Positions 28,445 to 41,177 of a DNA stretch of 64,000 nt are shown in pieces. Source of the DNA: Haliotis rufescens. Taxonomy: Eukaryota. Each line of letters begins with the position of its first letter. Within the stretch, counting starts at the first letter, position 1. The notes beneath the pieces are model-generated. The model was not told the origin of the DNA, did not search any database, and worked only from the letters and a program-made list of their open reading frames with translations. Position numbers and translations under genes: made by a program. The stretch covers positions 36,642,001-36,706,000 of the forward strand of contig NW_025964383.1 in the NCBI RefSeq assembly GCF_023055435.1, given 5' to 3'.

Positions 28445-29395
28445 CGTAAGACATGGAGTAATCCTAAGGGGTGGACCACACCGAATTGCTGTATTACTTA
28501 ACCCTGAAGAAAGACATGTAGTAATCCTAAGGGGTGGACCACACCGAATTGCTGTATTACTTAGCCCTGCAGAAATACATGGAGTAATCCTACGGGATAA
28601 CCCACGCTGTATTGCTGTTTTCCTTTAACCCTAAAGTAAGGCATGGAGTAATCCTAAGGGGTGAACCACACTGCATTGCTGTAGTACTTAACCCCTGAAG
28701 AAAGACATGGAGTAATCCAAAGGGGTGAACCACACTACATTGATGTGTTACTTAACTCCTGAAGTTAGACATGGAGTAATCCTAAGGGATAACCCACGCT
28801 GCATTGCTGTATTCCTTAAACCCCGAAGTAAGACATTGAGTAATCCTAAGGGGTGAACCACACCACATTGCTGTATTACTTAGCCCTGAAGAAAAACATG
28901 GAGTAATCCTTAGGCGTAAGCCAGTCTTCATTGCTGTAGGCCTGTATTACCAACGCTGTTGTGCTGTAGTACTTAACCCCTGAAGTAAGATATGGCGTAA
29001 TCATAAGGGGTGAACCACACTGCATTGCTGTATTACTTAACCCCTGAAGAAAGACATGGAGTAATCCTTAGGCGTAATCCACACTTCATTGCTGTAGTCC
29101 TGTATTACCAACGCTGTAGTGCTGTAGTACTTAACCCCTGAAGAAAGACATGGAGTAATCCAAAGGGGTGAACCACACTCCATTGCTGTATTACTGAACC
29201 CCTTAAGTTAGACATGGAGTAATCCAAAGGGGTGAACCACACTGCATTGCTGAAGTACTTAACCCCTGAAGTAAAACATGGAGTAATCAAAAGGGGTGAA
29301 CCACACTGCATTGCTGTATTACTTAACCCCTGAAGAAAAACATGGAGTAATCCTAAGGGATGAGCCACACTGCATTGCTCTATTACTTAACTCCA
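28445..29395. repeat. ~63-bp minisatellite, ~14 copies
   Basis: acatggagtaatcctaaggggtgaaccacactgcattgctgtattacttaacccctgaag variants. Confidence 0.93.
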
Positions 29396-29456
29396 GGCGA
29401 AAGATCAGAAATGGGCCCCACTGGATATAAATAGATATAAGATAACGTCTTCTTAC

Positions 29457-29563
29457 GTTTCCTATGATGTCAAACAGGTCACTCTCCTTCAGCAACCCCT
29501 GTTGAAACCGCCTCAGCTTGGCAATCTGACTTCTCTTCACATGCCTCTGGTGGCTTTCATCTT
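29457..29563 (-). CDS. Exon 17, 107 nt, phase 1->0 (E-DESHQRHVKRSQIAKLRRFQQGLLKESDLFDIIGN)
   Basis: tatattttatcag|...AAAC|gtaaga. Open frame; similar to exon 57970-58073. Confidence 0.82.
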
Positions 29564-30162
29564 CTGATAAAATATAGAATGGCATTGTGGGTAGAAAGAA
29601 GAAGCTGAATCACATAGATAGAATTCTTAAACAAATATGGATATTATTATCATTGGGATGTGGCACTCAAAGTTTGCTTAGGACAACACATATATTGGTC
29701 AACAACATGATTATCAAACTTTAACTTGACCATGTTTTGGTAACCCATCACACAACAAATTTGGCTTTCACGCACTGTGCGTGAAGGGAAATCAGTGTGT
29801 ATACAAATATTCTACATCAACAATGTCTGCTATATTAGTATGCTTGACTGTGCGATATCACAACTTAATGCTGTACGTGCTGCAGAGCATGGAATCGTTT
29901 CCAACTAATGCAGTCCTCAACGCAGCGGGAGGACAGGTTGCTGAAGAAATCCGTTCATGCCGGCAAACAGTCTCGTAAGCCGCACTAGTAAACATGTCAA
30001 GACAAGCAATGTGTTTTCAAGGAGATCTTCGTTCCTCCAGATCAAGTATCCCATAACATTGATTGGCATACACGGGCCCGTTTTGCCTGGTGTTGAGATA
30101 ACACCAACTGGACGGTGCTTGACTGGTCCCCGTTTCTCTTCACTAGTTGACTTCACAGAACC

Positions 30163-30410
30163 GACCCGTGAAGATCCGCGGTAGAATAGGTCTCCAGCAA
30201 CCCATCCTTGCCGTAATAGGCGACTATGCTTGTCGTAAGAGGCAACAAACGGGATCTGGTGGTCAGGCTCGCTGCAAGGTTGATGCATGTAATCGATTTC
30301 AATTTCGTTGATCGATGCTCATGATATTAATCACTGGACTGTGTGGTCAAGACTCGATTATTTACAGACCGCCGTCATAAAGCTGGAATATTGCTCAGTG
30401 CGGCGTAAAA
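30163..30410 (+). mobile_element. SINE (family A), sense on +
   Basis: gacccgtgaagatcc...ttgtcgtaagaggc...gctggaatattgctcagtgcggcgtaaaa; reverse complement of the other copies. Confidence 0.88.
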
Positions 30411-30685
30411 ACCCCGGTGTTGCGCAATGGTGTCAGGAGGCTAACGTTGCTAAGTGGGTCAGAAAAGGTCAGCAACGTTGGATGCACTGATCTCCATGTC
30501 CTTGAGGACAGCTGTTCCCTTCAAGGATGCCATTTGGGATATGTACAATCATTATCATTAGTGACTACGCAAATCCTCATCATGTCAGCGTTATGGACCA
30601 GTACTTGAATGATGACAGAATCGACCGTATTGTGTGGCCAGCTCGATCACCTGACCCGAGTCCGAGAGTACAGGTTTAGGACGTC

Positions 30686-31642
30686 CATTACACCACATCC
30701 CGCAGTTCCCCGTTATAGCTAGGCAGGTCCTGCTCAATGTTGCCATAACACCACGTCCTGCAGTTCCCCCGACATATAGAGGTCCTGCGTGGTGTTGCCA
30801 TTACACCACACCCTGCAGTTCCCCGATATATACAGGTCCTGCTTAGTGTTGCCATTACACCACACCCTGCAGTTCCCCGATATATACAGGTCCTGCTTAG
30901 TGTTGCCATTACACCACATCCGGCAGTTCCAAGATATATACAGGTCCTGCTTGGTGTTGCCATTACACCCATCCTGCAGTTCCCCGACATGTAGAGGTGT
31001 TGCCTAGTGTTGCCATTACACCCATCCTGCAGTTCCCCGATATATAGAGGTCCTGCTTAGTGTTGCCATTACACCACATCCTGCAGTTCCCCGATATATA
31101 CAGGTCCTGCTCGGTGTTGCCATTAGACCACATCATGCAGTTTCCCGATATATACAGGTCCTGCTTAGTGTTGCCATTACACCACATCCGGCAGTTCCAA
31201 GATATATACAGGTCCTGCTTAGTGTTGCCATTACACCACATCCGGCAGTTCCAAGATATATACAGGCCCTGCTTGGTGTTGCCATTACACCGCATCCTGC
31301 AGTTCCCCGACATATAGAGCTGTTGCCTAGTGTTGCCATTACACCCATCCTGCAGTTCCCCGATATATACAGGTCCTGCTTAGTGTTGCCATTACACCCA
31401 TCCTGCAGTTCCCCGATATATAGAGGTCCTGCTTAGTGTTGCCATTACACCACATCCTGCAGTTCCCCGATATATACAGGTCCTGCTTGGTGTTGCCAAT
31501 AGGCCACATCATGCAGTTCCCCGATATATTGAGGTCCTGCGTACTTTTGTCATTACACCACATCCTGCAGTTCCCCGATATATACAGGTTATGCTTTGTG
31601 TTGCCATTACACCACATCCTGCAGTTCCCCGATATATACAGG
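30686..31642. repeat. 54-bp minisatellite, ~17 copies
   Basis: Unit ccattacaccacatcctgcagttccccgatatatacaggtcctgcttagtgttg. Confidence 0.95.
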
Positions 31643-32050
31643 CTCTTGGACTGTCATGATCGGACAGTTCCTCATTTAGCTAAAATTCAGATGCTATTGG
31701 GAAGCATGAGGCGGCGATCAATCAGATCAAAGTGGTCACACACAAACACACATTACTGACACCTGTCTCCGCGACTCGGAACACTCGATGCAGTTGTTTT
31801 CAGATTTTGACAACAGGCCTGAATGTCTTGTTCGATCGATTATCGCACCGGGCGGACCAGTCGTCTAGAGCTCCGAATAATGATTCTTGGCTCGTTCTTG
31901 TTGGTTCCGCCAAAGTGGTAAACGTGCTTTACATCTGCCTCACCTCCTCCCACATCAGGCTGACACGACCTGATATAACTGAAATACTGCTCGAAGTAGC
32001 GTTCACATTCACTCAAGGATAGGATGAACATTGAGTATGATGAGTCTTAC

Positions 32051-32108
32051 CTGGAGAAATCTCTAACTTGGCTGTCTGGATGTGGGAAGGTCCGGGTCTG
32101 ACCATCTC
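32051..32108 (-). CDS. Exon 16, 58 nt, phase 0->1 (EMVRPGPSHIQTAKLEISP)
   Basis: aataattgcag|...CCAG|gtaaga. Same length, phase and SP ending as exon 58267-58324. Confidence 0.8.
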
Positions 32109-32719
32109 CTGCAATTATTTCAGATAAAGATATAAATATATGCACATACTTATTAATGAGAATCGCTCGCAATGTCAACGATCAATTCAGTGTGAGAATG
32201 TATGTACACATAGGCACTATTGTGCGAGACCTGTTCGATATATTGAAGGTATCAGAATTGTGTGATGTTTTGTGTGCCTTAAATTCGTTTACTGCGTGAT
32301 ATTATGCCATTATTCCTATTGTAAGCCATATTTACATATTCACCTTTTATACAAATTACTTTAAAAACATATTCATATGAATCAGAGTGGTGAGTTCTAT
32401 ATGTAACTTGAAAATGCCGAGCGCCTTCTTGTGTATGAAACACATACACAATACACACGTGTTACAGGTTCACTGTCAGCAGTAGGTTCATCAGGTTGTA
32501 CACGTGCTCAACAATTTCGAACACCTGGTATGTACCATCACTAATTGATAGTGATTCATTTACTCATGCTTATGATACAGACACAGCTTTTTGGCCAGAT
32601 TTCTTATGATTTTAGTGTTTTGTTGCTTTATTTAGAAGAAAAATTTGTTGATTGGGTTCATTGGTAGAGGAGAGGAGTGCCTCTCTGATCTTGATGAACA
32701 AATATGAATGCCGACTCAC

Positions 32720-32814
32720 ACTGATGACTTCCGGCAGGTCCACGTCGTACAGGGACAAGACATCCTGGTGTCTCTGTAGGTAGTGCACTTTGATGAGCCA
32801 CTCATCAGGAAGGT
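32720..32814 (-). CDS. Exon 15, 95 nt, phase 1->0 (D-LPDEWLIKVHYLQRHQDVLSLYDVDLPEVIS)
   Basis: ttttgtacctacag|...CAGT|gtgagt. Similar to exon 59647-59732. Confidence 0.82.
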
Positions 32815-32991
32815 CTGTAGGTACAAAATAAGTCACATGACATGTTCTTGATAATTGTGGTTTAGGTTTAGACGGACGTGTTCGTGACCTGCATGTGCCA
32901 TTTCAGATCTATTTGTTTGTACAAGGGGAGTTGTACAATGCAAGTTGTGCATGTGCAATGGCAAAACAACATCAGAAACACCGTGAGTATT

Positions 32992-33250
32992 GATCATGTA
33001 ATGCGAGCCACTATGAATCAGGTAATGCGAGCCACTATGAATCATGTCATACGAATCACTATGAATCATGTAATGAGAGCCACTATGAATCATGTAATGC
33101 GAACCTCTATGAATCATGTAATGCGATCCTCTATGAATCATGTAATGCGAGCCACTATGAATCATGTAATGAGAGCCACTATGAATCATGTAATGAGAGC
33201 CACTATGAATCATGTAATGAGAGCCACTATGAATCAAGTCATACGAATCA
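32992..33250. repeat. 24-bp minisatellite, ~11 copies
   Basis: Unit atgaatcatgtaatgagagccact. Confidence 0.95.
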
Positions 33251-33570
33251 CAAAGGATCATATGATACGAGAGACTCCTGATTGTGTGATATGAGTCAAT
33301 ATTATATTTGTGTGCATATCTGTAAACGCTTCATTTTCACTTGTATTGTTGATGTTGTTCTAACGATATTATGATTATATTACTGTGCACATCAATGTAA
33401 TTATTTTAATGTAAGTTATTGGTTCTCAATTCACGATTTCCTCAAGTCCGTTTGGACATTTGTTTGGTCAAGCCTGAAACTTCAGGTGTGGTTATGTTTA
33501 TCCACAGATCCAGCCGTCTGTTGCAACATGTTATAGAGAACTATAACCCGTGCAATATTGTGATACGTAC

Positions 33571-33613
33571 CACAGTACAGCGAATCAAGGTGTCGTTTTT
33601 GGAGGTCATGTTC
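33571..33613 (-). CDS. Exon 14, 43 nt, phase 0->1 (EHDLQKRHLDSLYC)
   Basis: tttttccgtatattttaag|...TGTG|gtacgt. Same length and phase as exon 60119-60161. Confidence 0.75.
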
Positions 33614-33828
33614 CTTAAAATATACGGAAAAATCATTCAAACCATTCATATTCATAAACGTCGATAGTGACATATTGTTCTTTATCAAACTGTCTTTATT
33701 TAGTTGTTGGTTATACAATTAGATTATGTATAAACTATTGTGACAAAAATATAGAGATTGTTTATGAATCATTTGAACTTGATACGGATGTACTTTGAAT
33801 TTATCAACTGTAGTATAGATAATTGTAC

Positions 33829-33878
33829 CTGCTCTAAGGTCAGCAACATCTTCTCTTGTTCGACGACCTCTGCAATAC
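33829..33878 (-). CDS. Exon 13, 50 nt, phase 1->0 (C-IAEVVEQEKMLLTLEQ)
   Basis: cttcagcttcag|...GCAG|gtacaa. Same length and phase as exon 60447-60496. Confidence 0.72.
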
Positions 33879-33924
33879 CTGAAGCTGAAGTCCACATATA
33901 AACAGGGTCAGAGTGAGAAGCGCT

Positions 33925-34008
33925 GATACTGATGTCTGCTACATTGATACTGATGTCTGCTACATTGATACTGATGTCTGCTACATTGATACTGATGTCT
34001 GCTACATT
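33925..34008. repeat. 21-bp tandem repeat, 4 copies
   Basis: Unit gatactgatgtctgctacatt. Confidence 0.95.
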
Positions 34009-34289
34009 GGTGTGTCTGAGATTCCAAGGACACAAGCACACACATTCTATACGTTCATAACACAAACACATCCACTGATAATGGGGAGGGACAATAGGAC
34101 GTGTGACTGCACTAGGTCAAACTGTTTGACACCTGATGTCACAGTTTGTTGGGCTTAGATACCTCAGGGAATTTCCCCTCCCAATACCTTGTGTAAAAGC
34201 CCATGTTACCATAATGGAAAACTGACTTACCGGGTCGAAACAGGAACAGATATTGTAATTAATGCAATGTAATATGCTGTTTACTCCCT

Positions 34290-35098
34290 GGTACATTCAT
34301 TGATTCTCAACACTTTTAGTTCAGGCTAAGTGTTATATACCATGTCACTGTGGATATTAGATCATTGATCTCTTTCAAGCCAGGAACGTTGTCTACACAT
34401 GTCAAGCTGCACACGTTTAGTTCAGGCTTAATGTTATATACAATGTCACTGTGGATATTAGATCATTGATCTCTTTCAAGCCAGGAACGTTGTCTACACA
34501 TGTCAAGCTGCACACGTTTAGTTCAGGCTTAGTGTCATATACCATGTCACTGTGGATATTAGATCGTTGATCTCTTTCAAGCCAGGAACGTTGTCTACAC
34601 ATGTCAAGCTGCACACGTTTAGTTCAGGCTTAGTGTCATATACCATGTCACTGTGGATATTAGATCATTGATCTCTTTCAAGCCAGGAACGTTGTCTACA
34701 CATGTCAAGCTGCACACTTACATATTTGTCTCTCTCAAGATTTGTGTTTCAGGTTAACATATATAATATACTCCCGGGTACATTCATTGATTCTCAACAC
34801 GTTTAGTTCAGGCTTAGTGTCATATACCATGTCACTGTGGATATTAGATCATTGATCTCTTTCAAGCCAGGAACGTTGTCTACACATGTCAAGCTGCACA
34901 CTTACATATTTGTCTCTCTCAAGATTTGTGTTTCAGGTTAACATATATAATATACTCCCGGGTACATTCATTGATTCTCAACACGTTTAGTTCAGGCTTA
35001 GTGTCATATACCATGTCACTGTGGATATTAGATCATTGATGTCTTTCAAGCCAGGAACGTTGTCTACACATGTCAAGCTGAACACTTACATATTTGTG
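34290..35098. repeat. Compound tandem repeat (101-bp units nested in 184-bp units)
   Basis: ttagttcaggct recurs at 34316, 34417, 34518, 34619, 34803 and 34987. Confidence 0.93.
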
Positions 35099-35156
35099 TC
35101 TCTGCAGCTCTCATGTCCCGTTCTTGACTTGCAGTGTAGTCATCACTCAATGTCTC
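35090..35156 (-). CDS. Exon 12, 67 nt, phase 0->1 (ETLSDDYTASQERDMRAAETQI)
   Basis: ctgtatgtttgtag|...ATAT|gtaagt. Open frame. Confidence 0.75.
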
Positions 35157-35256
35157 CTACAAACATACAGGATTTACAAGTCTGCAAGATGTCCATTCAA
35201 CAATAACAACGTATTAGGGAATTTACTACACTGACCAAACGTGACACTGATCCTAC

Positions 35257-35306
35257 CTTTGACATAGATTGCTCTTCAACTAGACTGCTTTGAGACTCGT
35301 CCATAT
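35257..35306 (-). CDS. Exon 11, 50 nt, phase 1->0 (D-MDESQSSLVEEQSMSK)
   Basis: atgtttcctcag|...AAAG|gtagga. A 100-nt intron separates it from exon 12. Confidence 0.75.
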
Positions 35307-36282
35307 CTGAGGAAACATATACTTTGTTGTTATCAAACACATGACAGCTATTGTATACACATAAACATAAATATATAACATAATGCCATGTTTTGCATCG
35401 ATGTCTACATGAACTAAGTTGAAAGATGATCATGATGCTTTAAACACACAAAGAACATTTCTTAATTTGAATAACCTGTCACACACGCTATGACTATTGC
35501 ACTGGATAAATTGGACTAGTATAAAGAAAACACAAGTTAAAATTAAAACGTTGTTGCTAAAGTGCTCTTGCTGTAAACATTTCTTTTTTGTACTTTTCGT
35601 TATATCATCAACGTCTCATATTCAGTTTTGGAAACAAAGCGAATATGTTTACATCCATTATGCCCCATTAAGAAATGCGTGCACTTGGACCTGTTCTATA
35701 CAGTCAATGCCCCTGAGTCCAAAACTCAATGATACGCTGCTAGCTGACTGGTACCTTTAACCATCTTAATAGTGTGGTGTTACTACGAGACCACCACAGG
35801 GAGCCGTGGCTATTATTGGATATTATTGGGGTTTCCATTTTTTTTTTTTAAATATCACAGTTGAAAAAATCCGAAAATCTAAAAATCAGTTGACCTTTCG
35901 ATTGATAAGTGAGGAAGTACAAAATGGTTCATGAGTTCTGCTATGGAAATGGAGCCTTCATTAAATTCGAATTTGTAAGATTTTCCTTGAAAACATACCA
36001 AGATAGTAAAGGACACCTGTTCAAGCCTTGACTGATATCTGTGTAATTTGTGCTCATGGAAGCCTTCAAAAATTCCTAAACGGCAAAATGCACCAGTTCA
36101 TGGCTGGACTGATATCTGTTAAAAGTTTGATACAGAAATATTAAACGATCTTTGCGTTTTGGTCCGGAAACAAAACGTGACGGACGGAAGATGTGACGAA
36201 CAACACTCAATCCTGTGTCCCCTCCCACTGTGGCGGGGAATATTACATCAGCAAGGACGAGAACAACCAGACTCATGATCAC

Positions 36283-36310
36283 CTTCGGCCCTTTTCATCA
36301 TATCCTGGAA
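36283..36310 (-). CDS. Exon 10, 28 nt, phase 0->1 (FQDMMKRAE)
   Basis: ctcttttctctcag|...GAAG|gtgatc. An in-frame alternative acceptor lies 6 nt inside. Confidence 0.62.
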
Positions 36311-36505
36311 CTGAGAGAAAAGAGTTCGTTGGTATTGTAGTAAGAAGATAATTAGTCCATTCATTAATAACTGTAAGCTATAAGTGTGAATCATAAAGGG
36401 CTATTAAGTGCCAAATGCAATCTGGGTCTAATTGGCTGCTTCTGTAGAGTGTAGAGCTGTCGGATGAGATTCAAAGAACAGAATATTAATCCACTGTATG
36501 GTTAC

Positions 36506-36673
36506 CTGTATTGCCATCTGCCCCACGCCCCCTGTCTTCGTCTCATCTTTTTCTTTGTCTCCGGAATCTTTAAGAGAATTTGCAATCTTCACAGACAAAA
36601 TGTTTTGAGTCCTTTGCGTTTCAGTTAAACATGTGTTGATTTGTTGAACAATAGTCCTTACTCCCGAAAGTTG
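36506..36673 (-). CDS. Exon 9, 168 nt, phase 0->0 (QLSGVRTIVQQINTCLTETQRTQNILSVKIANSLKDSGDKEKDETKTGGVGQMAIQ)
   Basis: cattatattag|...ACAG|gtaacc. 56 open codons; the acceptor is only moderate. Confidence 0.62.
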
Positions 36674-38589
36674 CTAATATAATGTTATAGGTTTATCATC
36701 AATAGATGTACATGACTGTAAATAAGCTGCAAAACGATTTAACATTGTCACCTGTGTGACCAAAAGTGGCCAAAGGTTAATTTGATTTTTAACTAAAACT
36801 GTAAATCTTGAATTTAATGCGTCTCCAAATTAATACGATTAATTAGAGTATATTTCTGAGCTACAAATAACACGGCCCAGTCAACGCCAATAACCCCAAC
36901 ATGTTAGCTGCACCACACACCTGACGCATGTCAATAATCCTGTTACATTCCACACCTGGCTCAAACCATAACTTCTACATGGTAGCTACATCTTACATAG
37001 CCCACATTAATAATACCTAAACTGTACTCTGACCCTGACCATGTCAATATCCGCTAGGTCTCTTCTGCACCCTACATTCAGCCCACGTACATGACCTCAA
37101 GACTCATCGGCTGGATCGGGTATAACGTATACTTAATATAAACCTCTTATATTTCGATCCATCTTGCTATACAATGGTACACAAGTACAAAGAGAGAACT
37201 CACAATAACATGCACACACAACAGACAACAGTCCATGGAACATGGTATCTTCTATAAAATAGCTCTCACTAACAGTTTGATAGAATTCAATTCGACTCAT
37301 ACCTATTTTAATATATTCAAATATGTAAGTAAGCAGATCAGGCAATACGATGACATATTCCAATTATCGGCCACATTTTGTCAATATTGTTTTGAATGAC
37401 ACTTGATACAGGTGTCAGAGGGAGCCATAACAGTCGATATTTATGGGCACTGAATGATTTAGTCGAATGTTATTTTAAAAGTCAATATTAACGTATGGCT
37501 GTGAGACATCACGGCCACGGTCAGACGATGTTGACAGTCGGCCTGTCCTGTCATAACGTTAAGAAGTGCAGTCAGATGTACACACAGCGACAAAACGAAA
37601 CAAGGTAACAATTCAAACATATTTCGGAAGAAATCCAACTATTTTAATTTGTGGAAAAGGTTTTTAAGCCGCAGAGGTCTACAAGCATAGACCCCGTACT
37701 GATACCGCTTGGCTAGGCCTAGTGCCCTCGTTAAATTGTTTCGAAATTTATATCTCCAATGTTGCAAAAACATATAAAAAGCCTTAGCTACGTCACAGTT
37801 AGACACTGATTTTAGTATAATTGACTGTTCCTTTAATAATGATAGCAATTATCCCTGTAGTTTATCCAGATTCCCGATGATTAATTCTGACTCGATCGCC
37901 GAATGACAAGGGCGACGCCATGTGTGTCTATAAACACTGAAAGTTGTCCCTACTTGACCTTTGATATCTGCATCTCTGTCCGCATATGACCCCAATGGAT
38001 ATCGTTTTTATCCGTGGGCTTTATCCTGCCGAGAAACCTAAAGGGGAGTGACTCTATCGAACAGACCGCTGAATTGCCGGGAAAGGCAAGTAAAAACATT
38101 TTTTGTCGGCAATTGTTTTTTATGCATATATGTGGTTACGCCACTGTGTAAGAAACAGGTTTCTGTTGGAACTATACTGTCACTGTCCGACTGACACATC
38201 ACTTACCCTCTGACGTAATATATATTAATGCGCGCATTCCAGGAAAAAATGCAATGTATAGGTATGTTTGTGAGAGATGGAAGAGATTTTCGAGCACAAA
38301 ATTAAAGAATGACATTTTTGATGAAGAGGTTACATGTATCACGCTTGTGTGTTTGGGAATTGTAAATGTCCTGTATTAGGAATAGACATTTTGTATTTAG
38401 CTCGCCAAGGCTGGATAAACACAATGTTTATTCCAAATACAGGATATTACCCATCCCTAAACACACTCGCGTGATAACCTCTTTATATGAACAACATGTA
38501 GTTAACTTTACTGAACTGTATCAAACCTTCAACGATGTCAAATATGCATCTTTCCGTGGGATACAAAACTCATCTGTATGTCTCCTATC

Positions 38590-38650
38590 TCTTCGTCACG
38601 ATATGGCTGAAATATTGCCGATGTGACGTTAAACTTTAACTCACTCACTC
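38590..38650 (+). mobile_element. SINE 3' tail fragment
   Basis: gatatggctgaaatattgccgatgtgacgttaaac...(ctca)n resembles the family B tail. Confidence 0.6.
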
Positions 38651-39591
38651 TCCTATCTCTAAATATCAAACCTACAATTTTCATTGTTGACGATATAAGT
38701 ATATATGTATCATGATTAATGACGTTAGTACCACACGAGTGACACATAGATCAAAGACTGACGAAAGTGACACTTTGCACTTTCAGTGACGAAGTAACAG
38801 TTTATCACATGAGGTAAAATAACTTTGTTTCTGGGTGGTACTGCGTTCGACAATTCAGTAGCAGTGATTCGTACATCCAGAATGAGGAATATCATACATG
38901 TGTAACATTACTTAGGATTTATGCACATTATATCAGTTTCTTACAATTGTAAGTAACTAATTGAAACACTTTGTGTTCATTCCAAACAACCAAAGTTCTT
39001 CAAAATATCGAACACGATTCACCCTGTTTGTAATACTTAGTTGTTTACGACCATCCCAATGCTAAATTCTCGCTTCTACTTTTCCTCACAAATTATACTG
39101 ACACGTCGTGACATGATTGAGAATAATTAAAAAAGTGGCGTTAAACCGAACCCCCTTTCCTGTCACACTGCTATGGTAGATTAATCTGCTAATTAATCCT
39201 TTATTTCAGTTTTCTAACTACAGAAAAATGTCAATACCAATTTAATAAGTGTTATGATTATTAAACCACTGTTTACCACATTTTTAGAACATCCTATTTT
39301 GACCATACAACATAAACTTACCTCTTTCACTGTTTCTCTCCATCTTTACCTGCAACTGAGAGAAGTTAACTGCCTATACACATTTTATCATGGAAAAGAA
39401 TCAACGATCCTAAGCACACATTGTCCAAACCTTTTCCCCAAAACTGTAACAAAAATGTTAACCGCAACTCATGAATAGTCAGGTTTCAACAACTGTACCT
39501 GCTTTATGAATACATAGTTGGACGCCGGACAAACAGTCAGGGGTGCTAAAATGTATGAGATCATTACTACATCGTATGTAAAACAACGTAC

Positions 39592-39665
39592 CTGCTTGGT
39601 GACGCGTTCCAGTTCCCTTTCAAGGTTTAAGGCTGTGGCATCATCAGACTGTTCTCTAAAAAACT
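39592..39665 (-). CDS. Exon 8, 74 nt, phase 1->0 (E-FFREQSDDATALNLERELERVTKQ)
   Basis: ccttctattttag|...GCAG|gtacgt. Coiled-coil-like peptide. Confidence 0.72.
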
Positions 39666-39786
39666 CTAAAATAGAAGGACGTGTATTTAACTGAAAATAA
39701 ACTAGACTTCAAGACATTCACGAAGTATCAGAATGAACGCCGTTCGACATGCCAGATTACTATTCGAATGTAGGTAATTACTCTAC

Positions 39787-39816
39787 CTGTTTGCCGCTGT
39801 TTCATTATCCAAGAAT
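39787..39816 (-). CDS. Exon 7, 30 nt, phase 1->1 (D-SWIMKQRQT)
   Basis: ctttattttttcag|...ACAG|gtagag. Strong acceptor; symmetric exon. Confidence 0.62.
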
Positions 39817-40442
39817 CTGAAAAAATAAAGGTGCTGTACATGTACAGACGTATTTTTATTAACTTTATTACACCATATACTTCCAGCCAACACGTTTTTG
39901 TCGAAAGTAGACTATATAGACAGCAGTAGTTGTAGAAACACAGTAACACTGTTCATGTATTCTGGACTGAAGCCAAGTAAACACACAAGGAAACACCTCG
40001 AAAAAAGTCAAAATCAAACTCAACTTCATTCATATTCTGCTTGGTTACCCAAGTAGAAACAACGACCCAGTGAACATCATTATTACTTTTACAGACTTGA
40101 TTTTTAGAATAAGCTCAACAAAACTATGCAATCAGTCCAGATGTTTCAGAATGCAGTGAAACAATATCATATGATTATTAAATGTTCTTCATTACTAAAC
40201 TAATTTACATTCGTGCCATGCTCTATTCCAGTGAAAGGACACTATTACATTGAGACCATATTAAAGATTTCGTAGTTATTCAACTGGACGCTTGTCAATC
40301 GGATGTCTTTGTATTTAGTGTTACAAAATGTTGACATATGCAACAAAACAATTAGATTCTAAAAACAACTCTTTTGAAAAGATGTTTTGTGGTTACGAGC
40401 TCATACAGAAATGTTGCTCTTTATTTTAGTATGCAAGGTTTA

Positions 40443-41177
40443 TTAGTGTAGTGTAGTGCGGTGCAGTGCGGTGCGGTGCGGTGCGGTGCGGTGCGGTGCG
40501 GGGGTGCGGTGCGGTGCAGTGCAGTGTAGTGTAGACCGTGGTGTAACCTGTTACACACGCAGTTAGTGTAGTGTAGTGAAGTATAGTGTAGTTTAGAATA
40601 GTGTAGTGTAGTGTAGTGCAGTGTAGGCCATGGTGTAACCTGTTACATACGCAGTTAGTGTAGTGTAGTGTAGTGCAGTGTGAACCGTGGTGTTACCTGT
40701 TATACACGCAGTGTACTGTAGTGTTGTGTGGTTTAACATAGTGTAGTGTAGTGCAGTGTAGTGTAGTGTAGCTTAACATGGTGTTGTGTAGTGTAGATTA
40801 ACATAGTGTAGTGTAGTGCAGTGTAGACCGTGGTGTAACCTGTTACATACGCAGTGTAGTGTAGTGTAGTGTAGTGAAGAACGTGGTGTAACCTGTTACA
40901 TACGCAGTGTAGTGTAGTGTAGTGTAGTGTAGTGTAGTGTAGTGTAGTGTAGTGTAGTGTAGTGTAGTGCGTGGTGTTACCTGTTACATCAGCAGTTAGT
41001 GTAGTGTAGTGTAGTGTAGTGTAGAACGTGGTGTAACCTGTTACATACGCAGTGTAGTGTAGTGTAATGTAGTATAGTGTAGTGTAGTGTAGTGCAGTGT
41101 AGTGCAGTGTCGGCCGTGGTGTTACCTGTTATACACGCAGTGTAGTGTAGTTTAACATAGTGTAGTGTAGTGCAGTG
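40443..41177. repeat. (TAGTG)n microsatellite punctuated by a ~28-bp conserved motif (left arm)
   Basis: Motif gaccgtggtgtaacctgttacatacgca separated by variable gtgta runs. Confidence 0.95.

Larger units (their letters stand above)
29900..31760 (+). mobile_element. Tc1/mariner transposase relic interrupted by a SINE and a 54-bp minisatellite
   Basis: RFAWC*DNTNWTVLDWSPFLFTS (~30077-30147), DYANPH...WPARSPDPSP (~30563-30665) and C-terminal IQMLLGSMRRR...HTNTHY* (~31685-31759) occur in Tc1 order. Boundaries approximate. Confidence 0.72.

Noticed and set aside
32833-33294. His-rich repeat ORFs on both strands
   Set aside because: Translations of the 24-bp minisatellite.
34231-34276. Possible hydrophobic (TM-like) exon YYIALITISVPVSTR with a strong donor
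   Set aside because: The acceptor is purine-rich, and the exon would force exon 13 into a frame that breaks the module correspondence and excludes exon 14.
36752-37166. Candidate extra exons of 47 nt (36752-36798) and 23 nt (37144-37166)
   Set aside because: Weak splice sites, phases do not connect to exon 8, and the chain is complete without them.
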